Below, piece by piece: positions 51,366 through 62,496 of a DNA stretch of 64,000 nucleotides (position 1 is its first letter; every line of letters begins with the position of its first letter). The translations under genes were made by a program, and so were the position numbers. Where the stretch lies: NCBI GenBank assembly GCA_040767105.1, contig JAXGPE010000002.1, positions 5,392 to 69,391 of the forward strand. The letters run 5' to 3'. Under the pieces are notes generated by a model, which worked only from the letters and a program-made list of their open reading frames with translations, was not told where the DNA came from and did not search any database. The stretch comes from Peptococcaceae bacterium (lineage in GTDB: Bacteria > Bacillota > Peptococcia > DRI-13 > PHAD01).

Positions 51366-52716
51366 CCTTTCTTATCCATGGCGATCCTGCCTTCTAAATG
51401 ATCAATGAATTGACGCGCTGTTCGAGCTGAACGCGCATTGAAACTCAATTCCCATTTTAGGAGCCAAGCTTTGTTAATTGATCTTTTTCTATATTCAAAC
51501 CTCTTTCTCTGGCAAGTTTTTCTACAATACCCAAATATTTTTGATCAGGAGCAATGAATGTTACGGCTATACCGAAACGGTCAATAGAAAGTTTTCCTGC
51601 AGTGTATCCATACTGCGCATATCTTCATCACTATTGCCGGTAAAACTCTGTTTCGATCGTTTGCTCTTTCGTAAACCAGGTAAAGCGTCTGTTTGAAGTT
51701 GCATAAATTAGAACATTTTGCGGCTTGGTCTCAACGCCGCCTTCCAATAGGGCTTTCATCTGCCTATATTCAGTTTCATTTTCTCCGAAGGACAGATCAT
51801 CAATAAACAAAATAAAACGCTGCGGTCTCCTAGCCAAAGCAGATATTATCTGTGGAAAATCATCAAGATCCTGCTTCTGGATCTCGATCAGGCGGAGCCC
51901 CATATCCCCATATTTATTGATCAGAGCTTTGATCGTGGAAGATTTTCCTGTACCACGATCTCCATAAAGCAGTACATTGTTTCCGCGATAACCTGCCAAA
52001 AATTGTTCAGTGTTATTAATTATACGCTCCTGTTCCCACTCATATTCATAAAGCTGTTTAAAGCTTATCGGATCAGGATTATCGACCCCGGCAAGATAAC
52101 GCTGTCCGTTATCATTGACCCACCGCAGTGTATTATATTCTCCAAAAAGCCCGGTGCCATTCCGATGAAAATATTCACTCAATACAGTTATTCCTTTGCT
52201 CCAATCAGACATCTCGCAAAAAGCCGAAAATAATTTGCGTTTTTTTTCAGCGACTATATCAATAAAGGGACTGTGTACTTCATTCCAATCAAGAAGTATC
52301 TCAATGCTGTTTTGTATTTTGCGGACTTTTTGTTTGAATATCTCCTGACACATTTGCGGAGAGAAAGAGGCCAATATCTGAATGTTCTGCAAGTCTGATA
52401 CTGCAAGTGTCTTAGTCGCAGCTGGTATTTTTTCAAAGCAGAGTTTTTCTGCCTGAAGGCTAAAAATGTTTTCGTCAGCAAGCATCAAATTAAGTACATA
52501 ATTTGGCCATGCATCTTTCCCTTGGTTTGAAAAAATCTCAGCCCAGGGAATAAAGGCAGCGAGGAATTCATTATATTTTTTTTTCCACTCCTCATACTGC
52601 AAATCGCCTGAATTCATTAAATCGATCATAATAACTATCAAGGGGTCTCTCTTTAAACCACGAAAAAGGATTATATCATTGTACGCTTCTTTGAATTTGT
52701 TTAAATATTCTCCCAT
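51362..52716 (-). CDS. DUF815-like AAA+ ATPase (frameshifted C-terminus)
   Basis: GDRGTGKSS, FIDDLSF, YATSNRR; SIDRFGI and SARTARQF appear downstream in other frames. Confidence 0.8.
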
Positions 52717-52896
52717 TGTTCGCCTCCTTTTATTCAATCAACATTTTACCAAATATCAAGGCATTTGACGCAGGTTATTTACTTCAAACAGCTAATCCAT
52801 TAAAATTGAGTAAATTCTGATGCAAAACATTTTAAGAAATGATCTTATTCAAACTTTTTGCACTATATAAATAGTTCGCGAGGTAAATCCTAAAAT

Positions 52897-54883
52897 ATGA
52901 AAAATCTTGCGCACTTACACTTATTTTTTCGATCATAACTTATTCGATAGTCCCTCTTTCATCTTTTGCTGCACAAGAACCTTCCCTTATCAGCACCCCT
53001 CTTCTTCCCTAATGCCGTAGATAACACTTCGTGCAGCTGATAGAACTTGCTGTAGATGCTTATCCTGGAGAATTCGAAACCAAGTACACTGCGACTTATA
53101 ATTTAAATAATATTAGCTCTCTAGAAACCACCCTGCACTTAGAAACAGCTTGGACAGATTTGTTTGTTGGAGAACCGCAACTGGTTCGTAAAGATACTGT
53201 TGAGATAATAAGTGGTCAGCACTATAATAGCGATGGAACCTTTTTTTGGGATATTGATTTTGCCGCTAACGAAAACATTATGCTTGAATTTATTTTTAAT
53301 TTTATACATCCTGCAGCTAAAGATGATTTGGTCTACACTGGTATTGCGGGATAAGCAGAACGTTTCCTGGTACGGTCCGGCAGGAAGCTTCTCAGTCCTG
53401 CTCCATTTTGGCGAATTGCCTCGGTTTGTTCACCTACATTGAACCGCAAAAATTCGACCTGACTGACCACAGGGGATCAACTGGTCCTGGGACGATTTGC
53501 CTGATTCGGGGAAAATCGATATCCGGGCTGATTTCACTACTGAAAAAGTTCCTGGGAAAAACCACTAAATAAAAGAAGAATCAGCGCTTTTACAGCAATT
53601 TCTACTAAATGATAATTATCGTGCAGCCGCCTTTTGTTTTCAAAACGCCGTAAAAAAAGCTTCACATAATGATCGGACTCCACTAAAACTTGGTCAGGCT
53701 TATTACCTGAATAAATCAGGCTCATTCGATAAAGCTCTAACTATATAGGAAGAACTTTTTCAGGATAACAATTCTTTTTCACCTGTATTACTCCGGAATT
53801 TAGCAAATTATTATTCCAATGAACCGCAAAAAACTTAAGAATATATATAACAGAGTGCGTGAGTTTATGATCGACCCCTTGCTCCAACAGTGGTTATGTT
53901 TAAAGTTAGAAGATTTTTCAGTTTCTAAAAGTCCTCCAGAAATCCTATCTCGGGGAGCTAGTGTCGATGAACTAAAAGCCGGGATCAATTTGACAGCTGT
54001 GTGCTCCGATCCTGATGGCGATATTGAACTGATGACGCTTTTTTACCGGTTGGCAGGCCAAGATTATATAAAGATCGAACTGAAACCGGATCCTTTTTCC
54101 TACACTCAAGCAATTACTCATTTGGTTCCCATGCAAAACACTATGCAGAATATCAGTTATTATGTTTATGTTTCCGATCGTGATCAGCATGTTTTACAAA
54201 GTGAACCGGAAGATTTTTTCTATATGTCTAAGGAAATAGCAAGTGCAACCTATTCCTTGCGCGGAGCAAAACTGGTTTTAGGCGAGTACTCCTTCGAGGA
54301 ACAAATCAAATATTTTGATTGGTTCAATAATTATATGGAAACCGCTGGTAATACCGGCTTTGTACCCGTCGAAGGCAAAATGCCTTTGTTTATTCTTGGA
54401 GATTCTCCGCTAATTGACGATTATCAAAGGTCCCTTCTTCTTCAAATACTTTCCTGAACCATTTTCTCCTAAGGATATCAAAGCGCCTGTTTCAGCGCTA
54501 TTATCTTGCTTATTGGTATGGAGAGGGCTGGTCGCAGCTTGAAGATGAGCTTTTCTTAGATTTGTCCGATGCTCTGATGTCTGACAAAGGATCTTTTTCA
54601 CGTTTACTTAAATATCTCAAGATATAGATCCGTTGGTTTTTCCAAGATATGCTTTATTCTATCGGAAAAGGAAATGATTTTGAAACTGCCCTCCTTCAGA
54701 ATTATAAAATCTCGCTCCTCAAAGCGAGAATTGCCTGCATGGTCAATTTATGGCAATAACTTTTTGGCGTTAGCTTTGATTTTTACTTTTACCTGGGCGG
54801 CTAAAACGGGCTTGTTTAAAAAGATTGCTCCGTTTATTGCATCGTTGATCATTAAAATATTCATCTCTATTTGGCTTATATAA
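52897..54883 (+). CDS. large hypothetical exported/membrane-anchored protein, fragmented
   Basis: Consecutive protein-like + strand pieces (53031-53354, 53819-54457, 54674-54883); joining them is inferred. Confidence 0.45.
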
Positions 54884-54921
54884 AACAAGGGCTTTATGGT
54901 TTTCGCCATAAAGCCCTTGTT
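54884..54921. terminator. bidirectional intrinsic terminator
   Basis: AACAAGGGCTTTATGG/CCATAAAGCCCTTGTT. Confidence 0.8.
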
Positions 54922-54940
54922 CTCTGCTTAAAATATATGC

Positions 54941-56119
54941 TTACCGCTTAACAATGATTGTTGTTCCCATGCCCCCGCCAATGCATAATGTTGCGAGACC
55001 ATATTTGGAATCGCGTTTCTGCATTTCATAAAGCAATGTAACCAATATCCTGGCTCCGCTTGCACCAATCGGGTGTCCTAAGGCTATGGCTCCCCCGTTG
55101 ACGTTGACCTTGCTCATATCAAAGCCTAAATCTTTGGCTACTGCGAGAGATTGTACTGCAAATGCCTCGTTAGCTTCGATGAGGTCGATATCATCCAAGC
55201 TAAGTCCAGCTTTTTTCAGTGCTTTCTTCGTTGCCGGTACCGGTCCAAGTCCCATGACCTTCGGGTCAACTCCGCCTGATGCCCATGCAACTATCTCAGC
55301 AAGAGGCTTGATCCCAAGTTCCTTAGCTTTTTCTTCGCTCATGATGACCAGGGCAGCAGCTCCGTCGTTTATGCCTGACGCGCTTCCCGCTGTGACTGTG
55401 CCGTCCTTTTTGAAAGCTGTCGGCAATTTTGCCAAACCTTCGGCGGTGACACCAGCCTTCGGATGCTCATCAGTATCAAATATTTTGGGGTCACCTTTCC
55501 TTTGCGGGATTTGCACAGGAACTATTTCATCCTTGAACCGACCCTCTTTGATAGCCTTTTCTGTCTTTTGCTGACTGGCAGCGGCAAATGCGTCCTGTTC
55601 AGCTCTGGTGATGCCATACTGCTCGGCAATGTTCTCAGCGGTTACTCCCATATGATAACCATTGTAGATTTCCCACAGGCCATCGTAAACCATTCCATCA
55701 ATAACCTTTGAATCCCCCATGCGAAAACCCCATCTGCCTTTAGGCAGATAGTATGGGGCATCGGTCATGCTCTCTGTACCACCAGCTACAACTATATCGT
55801 TGTCACCAGCCAGGATAGATTGGAAGGCTAAGCTTACTGCTCTTAGACCTGATCCGCAAACCTTATTTATAGTCATCGTAGGCACTTCTATCGGGATCCC
55901 GGCACGTAGAGCTGCCTGTCTGGATATGTTTTGACCCAAGCCGGCTTGCAGCACGCAACCAAAAAGCACTTCATCCACTTGTTCCGGTTTGACATTTGCT
56001 CTTTTCAGTGCTTCAGCAATAACGATCTTGCCGATCTCGGCCGCGCCGACCCCGGTCAATGATCCGCCGAATGTTCCAATCGCCGTTCTTGCAGCACTAG
56101 CAATTACAACTTTTTTCAT
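54941..56119 (-). CDS. thlA: acetyl-CoA acetyltransferase (classical thiolase)
   Basis: [27 protein letters not shown]. Confidence 0.93.
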   Translation of the reverse strand: MKKVVIASAARTAIGTFGGSLTGVGAAEIGKIVIAEALKRANVKPEQVDEVLFGCVLQAGLGQNISRQAALRAGIPIEVPTMTINKVCGSGLRAVSLAFQSILAGDNDIVVAGGTESMTDAPYYLPKGRWGFRMGDSKVIDGMVYDGLWEIYNGYHMGVTAENIAEQYGITRAEQDAFAAASQQKTEKAIKEGRFKDEIVPVQIPQRKGDPKIFDTDEHPKAGVTAEGLAKLPTAFKKDGTVTAGSASGINDGAAALVIMSEEKAKELGIKPLAEIVAWASGGVDPKVMGLGPVPATKKALKKAGLSLDDIDLIEANEAFAVQSLAVAKDLGFDMSKVNVNGGAIALGHPIGASGARILVTLLYEMQKRDSKYGLATLCIGGGMGTTIIVKR

Positions 56120-56306
56120 ATTTTCACACCTTCTTATTCATTTTATTTGCAAAGAGACCACAAAAAGGGTTCAGATGCACCCACCCCTTGCATCTCTCCT
56201 TATTTTCCCCTAAATAATTAATATAAATAAACATGCATTAAATTTTTCTTTTTCTATTATTTATTGTATCGTCTTCTGAAATAATAACTCTTTCTTGATT
56301 GTGGAT

Positions 56307-57047
56307 CTAGAGAACTACGCCGCCATCAACGCTTAAAACAGCGCCTGTGATGTAGCTTGCTTCGTCAGAAGCCAGGAATACAAACGCATTTGCAATATCC
56401 TCGGGTGTTCCAAGTCTTCCGAGCGGAACTTTTGCTTTGATGCCATCAAGAACCTTTTCCGGCATTTTAGCAACCATTGGTGTGGCGATGAACCCAGGAG
56501 CTACGGCACAAGAACGTACACCTTTAGGACTAAGCTCTTTTGCCCATGTTTTAGTCATCCCTATAACACCAAATTTTGCTGCGGCATAGTTTGTCTGACC
56601 AAAGTTGCCATACAAACCTACGACTGAAGAAGTGTTGATTATTGCGCCGCTTCCTTGAGTCAGCATGATTTCAGCTGCTTTTTGTCCACACATGAATACG
56701 CCCTTGAGGTTGATATTGATAACATTATCCCATTGTTCTTCCGTCATTTTTACCAAGCGACCGTCAGCGGTTATTCCGGCGTTATTGGCCAAGATATCAA
56801 CTCTGCCGCATTTTTCCATTGCTACCTTGAATAAGTTATCAACATCTTCCTTTTTACTTACATCTGTCCTTACTGCCATGCCTTGTCCACCAGCAGCCTT
56901 GATCTCATTGATGACTTTCTCGACTTTTTCAAGTGTTCTTGCGCAACCGATCACAAAAGCACCTTCTGCGCCGTAAGCTTTTGCTATTGCTTCACCGATT
57001 CCGTCTCCAGCGCCTGTTACGATAGCTATTTTACCTTTTAATCTCAT
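56307..57047 (-). CDS. fabG: SDR family acetoacetyl-CoA/3-oxoacyl reductase (FabG/PhaB-like)
   Basis: TGAGDGIG, NNAG, GNFGQTNYAAAK. Confidence 0.85.
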   Translation of the reverse strand: MRLKGKIAIVTGAGDGIGEAIAKAYGAEGAFVIGCARTLEKVEKVINEIKAAGGQGMAVRTDVSKKEDVDNLFKVAMEKCGRVDILANNAGITADGRLVKMTEEQWDNVININLKGVFMCGQKAAEIMLTQGSGAIINTSSVVGLYGNFGQTNYAAAKFGVIGMTKTWAKELSPKGVRSCAVAPGFIATPMVAKMPEKVLDGIKAKVPLGRLGTPEDIANAFVFLASDEASYITGAVLSVDGGVVL

Positions 57048-57063
57048 TTTAATTCCTCCTTTT

Positions 57064-58619
57064 TTATAGTTTCATTCCCATCGGTCCAAGCTTGAATATC
57101 GAAGCATCCATCACTTTCAGTTCCTTGGAAATTATAGGCTTAAAGCCCATCTGTTGGAGCACATCTTTTTCGAGATCTATACCCGGAGCTATTTCTCTAA
57201 GCTCCATCCCGGCGGAGGTGAGCTTGAAAACGGCGCGTTCCGTAACATAGAATACCTCTTGTCCACTTTGGGAAGCGTACTCACCACTAAAAGAGATTTG
57301 CTCGACCTTGGAAACAAACTTCTTGGATTTACCTTCCTGAACAATGACCATCTTATTATCTACATACTGGACCTCAAGTCCTCCCGCGGTAAATGTTCCG
57401 CAGAAAATTACTTTTTTGGAGTTTTGTGTAATGTTTATAAAGCCGCCAACTCCGGCTATACGAGGTCCAAATTTACTAACGTTGACGTTTCCGCTGCTGT
57501 CCGTCTCCGCCATCCCCAGACAAGCAAGGTCTATCCCGCCGCCGTCATAAAAATCAAACTGATACGGCTGGTCAATTATTGCTTCCGGATTGATTGCTGC
57601 CCCGAAGGCCAGACCACCCTGCGGTACACCCCCGATGGGTCCTGATTCGACTGTAAGATGTATCATATCCCCAAAACCTTCTTCATTTGCGACTGCAGCA
57701 ACACCCTCAGGTATTCCTATCCCCAGGTTCACTATCGAGTCCGGTTTAAGTTCCATGGCAGCCCTTCGGGCAATTGTTTTACGCTCACTCATAGGCATAG
57801 GCTTGATTTCAGCCAGCGGTAATCTTATCTCGCCTGTGTAAGAGGGATTATAATCCTCTATGTAATCCTGCATGTGGTTCTCAGGTTTGGCTATGACAAC
57901 TGCATCCACATATATCCCGGGAATCTTGACCAGTTTAGGATCTAATGTCCCGTTTTCTGTCAACCTTTCAACCTGAACGATTACAATTCCACCTGAATTT
58001 TTAGCTGCCTGGCAGACTGAGAGGACTTCAAGCGGCATAGCTTCTTTCTCAAGAGTAACGTTGCCATTGGTGTCCGCCGTTGTTCCGCGGACCATAGCGA
58101 CATTTACAGGAATAGTCTTATACATCAGCCATTCCTTTTCACGGAGTGTTACCAATTCGACCAGGTCCTCAACAGTTTTGGGATTCAACTTGCCTCCCTG
58201 CACACGCGGATCGGCAAGCGTTTTAAGTCCTACATGAGTTATCGTCCCTGGTTTTCCCGCGGCAATATCTCGGAAAAGGTGCGATATTACCCCCTGTGGA
58301 AAATTGTAGCCTTCTATCTTATTTTCTACAGCTAATTTACCAAGCTTCGGCGCCAAATTCCAGTGGCCCCCGATGACTCTTTTTACCATACCCTCATGAC
58401 CAAAATGATTTAGGCCTTTTCTTTTCCATCACCCTGTCCAGCGGCGTAGAGTAATGTTAGATCTCTTGGATGACCTGTCTCCAGAAATAGTTTTTCGATT
58501 GCTATTGAGAGCTCTTCAGGATGTCCAAAACCGACAAAACCATCTATTCCAATAGTTGAACAATCTTTAATAAGTTTTACGGCTTCATCCGCGCTCATGA
58601 CTTTATTCTTTTTTGCCAT
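57064..58619 (-). CDS. single-chain acyl-CoA:acetate CoA-transferase (YdiF/Pct family; one frameshift near 58420)
   Basis: AAGQGDG then [28 protein letters not shown]; one extra A gives GDGKEKGLNHF. Confidence 0.88.
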
Positions 58620-58732
58620 ATTGAACCCACCTTTATACCTTAGTTGCAACACCTGGCACGTGCAGAATAAATTTACTGCTGCACGGTCAAACGCAAAGGT
58701 ATCTAAAACGGTATTAAAGTTCATTTCTAAGA

Positions 58733-58770
58733 TAAAAGATACCTCGACCTCCCTTAGGGAGGTCAGGCAC
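58733..58770 (-). terminator. hairpin/terminator after the TRAP genes
   Basis: GACCTCCC/GGGAGGTC stem followed by a T-rich tract on minus. Confidence 0.5.
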
Positions 58771-58840
58771 CTTTTATTAATATTAAGATCCAACAAACAA
58801 GATGCAACCAGGCAATCGACATTGCTTGGTCTGTTTCAAT

Positions 58841-60165
58841 CTAACCGACGAAATGACTCGGCGCCCACATAACGATCTGCGGGAATGCCGTCAATAGATA
58901 ACTGTAAAGAGGATTATTATGATAAATGGTATAACGCCTTTATAAATATGCATAAGGTTCATCTCCGGAGGAGCAATACCCTTCAGGTAGAATATTGAGT
59001 ATGCAAACGGAGGAGTGAGGAAGGATGTTTGCATTACAACAATGTTCATGATCGCGAACCAAATAGGATCGAAGCCAAGCTTGACAGCTATCGGTGAAAA
59101 CAGCGGAACTACGATCATAACGATTCCGATCCAGTCAATGAATGCACCCATAATAAATATTATAAACCACATTACGGCCAAGATCCCCCACTTGCCAAAC
59201 GGAAGACCTAGGATAACATTCTCAACGACTGCCCCGCAGCCTAAGCGCATAAACACACTTGTAAAGAAGGCTGCTCCGACCATTACCAGCATGACCATTG
59301 ATGTGGTTGTAACAGTATTGATACATGCTTCCCTGACACCCTTCCAGGTCAGTCCGCGATAGGCGAGAGCCAGGAAGACAGCAAAGAAAGCGCCAAGAGA
59401 AGCTGCTTCAGTAGGTGAAGCCAGACCAAAAAAGATCGAGCCGAGCACCGCAAGGATCAAACCAGCAACGGGCAGAACCGAAGTGAATATCAATTTGATC
59501 CTATCCCAAGCGCTGTATTGTGACAAAAGCTCTTTCTCAATCGCCGGTCCATCTGTTGGTATGATCAAGCAACGGACTGCAATATATATAATGTACATCA
59601 ACGCTAAGAAAAATCCGGGTACAAAAGCTCCAATGAGCATTGCACCAACTGAAACGTTCGCTGTAGGAGCATAAACCAGGATCATGATGCTGGGCGGGAT
59701 CAAAATGCCCAGAGCTCCACCGGCACAAATCGATCCGGCGCAAAGAGACTGGTTGTATTTGTATTTCACCATTGAGGGCAAGGACATCATGCCCATGGTT
59801 ACAACTGTAGCTCCGACAACGCCAGTAGCTGCGGCAAATATTGTGCATGCCACGACAGTAGCTATGGCCAAACCACCGCGCAGTCCACCGAATATAATGA
59901 ACATTGCGTCATAAAGTTTGGTCGCCAATCCCGATTTTTCGACGATGACGCCCATGAAGATGAACAGCGGTATCGCTATTAGGATGTAATCTGCAAATGT
60001 TACGTGCATGCGCAGCATAAAAGAAGAGGTGATCTGAGGTCCGACAAATATCGTACCAAAGATCATCGCTGTACCTGCTAAGGCAAGGCCGATCGGAAAA
60101 TCGAGCAGGATGATCAGGATAAGGACGGCCAGCATTAAAAAGGTCAATAATCCAGCACTCACCAC
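58841..60165 (-). CDS. dctM: TRAP transporter large permease (frameshift near 58897)
   Basis: AIPLFIFMG, LGILIPPS, SFLTPPF; C-terminal FPQIVMWAP in a shifted frame. Confidence 0.9.
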
Positions 60166-60705
60166 TCAACGCCCCCTTCCTCGATTCTTGATTTCCCGGT
60201 TATGATGTCTTTACCGGTAATCGCGATACTGAGATTTCTGATCAGTTGTGAAATACCCTGGAGTAAGAAGGTAACAACACCCAAAAGCATCCAGGTCTTA
60301 TAAGGATATACGGGAGGCATTGATCCGGAAGCCGCTTTTTGTTTGCGGGCCCAAGCCAGAACAGCATCTCCGAACATGGAGTTGGCGATCAAGCCCCAAG
60401 TAGTAAAGAAGAGAGCGATCAATAAAATAGATGTTACAAGCGCTCTGACTCTGTTCGGCAGAAAAGCGCTTATTAGGTCGACACTGACGTGTCCGCCTTT
60501 TTTCCAGGTGTATGCCAAACCAAAAATCAGCATGATGCTGCTTATAAAATACGTGGCATCAAAACTCCACAGATTCGGCTTATTAAGCACATATCTGCAG
60601 AACACTTCATAAACAAGCTGTATAACGAGAAGGATCGCTAGGTAAGAAAAAAATCCTGGCAATCTTTTCATTAATCATGTCGATGAAAAGCACTACCTTT
60701 TTCAC
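60159..60705 (-). CDS. dctQ: TRAP transporter small permease (frameshift in T-run near 60650)
   Basis: YEVFCRY, GHVSVD; natural N-terminus MKKVVLFIDMINEKIA from GTG 60705. Confidence 0.85.
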
Positions 60706-60750
60706 GAATATGCATACCTCTTTTCCCTGCAAATTTTGCAAAGGCAAGGT

Positions 60751-60777
60751 GTATGCCCGGATATAATCCGGGCATAC
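60751..60777 (-). other. stem-loop after dctP
   Basis: GTATGCCCGGAT/ATCCGGGCATAC. Confidence 0.55.
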
Positions 60778-60816
60778 CATTTGCTTTTTGGATCAGGATT
60801 CTATAATCTCTAAGTC

Positions 60817-61977
60817 CTACTTAGGAGCTCCGAATTGTCTGTCTTTGTCAGCAACGGGATCACGCTCAGGAACGATGAACCATTCATAGTCATCAAAGTC
60901 TCTGATGAATTGTTTGTATGAGGTCCACGCTTTGGTGAACAGAGCATTTTTCGCGTCTTGTTCGGTCTTGTCAATATAAGCCCAAGACATTTCTCTGATC
61001 TTAAGTTGGTCTTCCACAGAGAATTTTGACAATGTCCACTTCGGATTAGCCTGCCACTCTTTCAGCACTTCCAGGTCACCAACGATACCATAAGTCCAGC
61101 TCCACATCGTTGATTCAATGGTAGCATACTCAAGTATTTTTTGGTATTCTGCAGGAAGCTTGTTCCATTCATCCTTGTTCACGCCCAGCTCAAAAGCACA
61201 AGTCGGCTGGTGCATGCCAGGTCCGCAAATAAATGTTGAAACTTCATGGAAGCCCATTTGCTTGTTAACCATCGGGATGTTGAATTCGACAGCATCGATA
61301 ACGCCTTTTTCCATTGAGGGATAAAGTTCCTGTGAAGGAAGCAGTGTAACGTTAACGCCAACGCTTCTCAGGATTTGTCCCCACCAACCAGGAGCACGAT
61401 ACTTCAGTCCATCGAAGTCTTTTAATGTTTGAACCTTCTTGTTGGAATGAGCCAAAATCTCAGAGTGGGTTACACCACAATAGAATATTTTGATATTGGA
61501 ATTAAGCTCATCAAACATTTCCTGCATCATTTCCTGACCGCCGCCAGCATATATCCAAGCTAAGTGCATCGCCGGCTCCATGCCCATCGGGGTGGAAGCG
61601 AACAGCGGAGCTGCCGGGTGACGATCCAGCCAGTAACCTGTCCAGCTGTGATATGCTTGTACAGTGCCTGCGGAGCAAGCATCCAATACTTCCAAGCTGC
61701 CTACGATAGCGCCGGCCGGGAGAACTTCGATATCAAATTTTCCGCCGGTCATTTCTCTTACGTCGTCAGCTACACGGATAGCCATGTCATGAAGCAGCCA
61801 GCCCTGGCTCCAGCCAGTCTGGAGAGTCCACTTTACTTCCGGGAGACCACTGTCGCCGGAAGCAACCGGTGCTGCAGGAGCAGCAGGCTCATCGGAGCCG
61901 CCGCCGCATCCGGCCAGTACGAACGAGAACACTAAAAGAACTGCAATAAGGGCTACAAACTTTTTGTTCCTACTCAA
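60817..61977 (-). CDS. dctP: TRAP substrate-binding lipoprotein (TakP-like)
   Basis: LAGC lipobox, DFDGLKYR, KGVIDAVE, PGMHQP. Confidence 0.88.
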   Translation of the reverse strand: MSRNKKFVALIAVLLVFSFVLAGCGGGSDEPAAPAAPVASGDSGLPEVKWTLQTGWSQGWLLHDMAIRVADDVREMTGGKFDIEVLPAGAIVGSLEVLDACSAGTVQAYHSWTGYWLDRHPAAPLFASTPMGMEPAMHLAWIYAGGGQEMMQEMFDELNSNIKIFYCGVTHSEILAHSNKKVQTLKDFDGLKYRAPGWWGQILRSVGVNVTLLPSQELYPSMEKGVIDAVEFNIPMVNKQMGFHEVSTFICGPGMHQPTCAFELGVNKDEWNKLPAEYQKILEYATIESTMWSWTYGIVGDLEVLKEWQANPKWTLSKFSVEDQLKIREMSWAYIDKTEQDAKNALFTKAWTSYKQFIRDFDDYEWFIVPERDPVADKDRQFGAPK

Positions 61978-62496
61978 TTATCTCTACCTCCATTTTTTTA
62001 CTTTTACTGCCTAAAACAAGAAATGCCCTACTAAACGCGATACCCCCTTTCATAAAAGCTTTAAAAATACGATATATATTTTGCCAAGTGTTGCCGATAA
62101 TAAAATAACAAATCTGTAACAAATATTCATTAAATTTAAAAAATATCATTAAAATTTTTATACAACTTTATATTATACGATAGGCCAGGATTAAACAAGA
62201 GGTAAAAGCAAACCATCACACTTAATCGGTAATATTATTTATGTAAAAGCGATGAAACTCGCACCACTGCGTAATTGCTCTAAAGTGAAATATTTTTCCT
62301 TACAACCAGCATCCTAGCTTCTGACGATAACAATTTTGACATCGATAAGAGAATTCCTTCCTGAAAACATAAAAAAACCGATAAAATTAATCCAATATTA
62401 TAGACATTGTCTATTATTTAAGATATTTTATGTTATAAAGGTTTCGGTTATTACTTAAGAACTATCTCTTCTACTTGCTTATGGGGAATACTTTTT

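Noticed and set aside
62248..62300. Fluoride-riboswitch-like start AGCGATGAAACTCGC
   Set aside because: No downstream conserved segment or pseudoknot partner, and the gene context does not fit.
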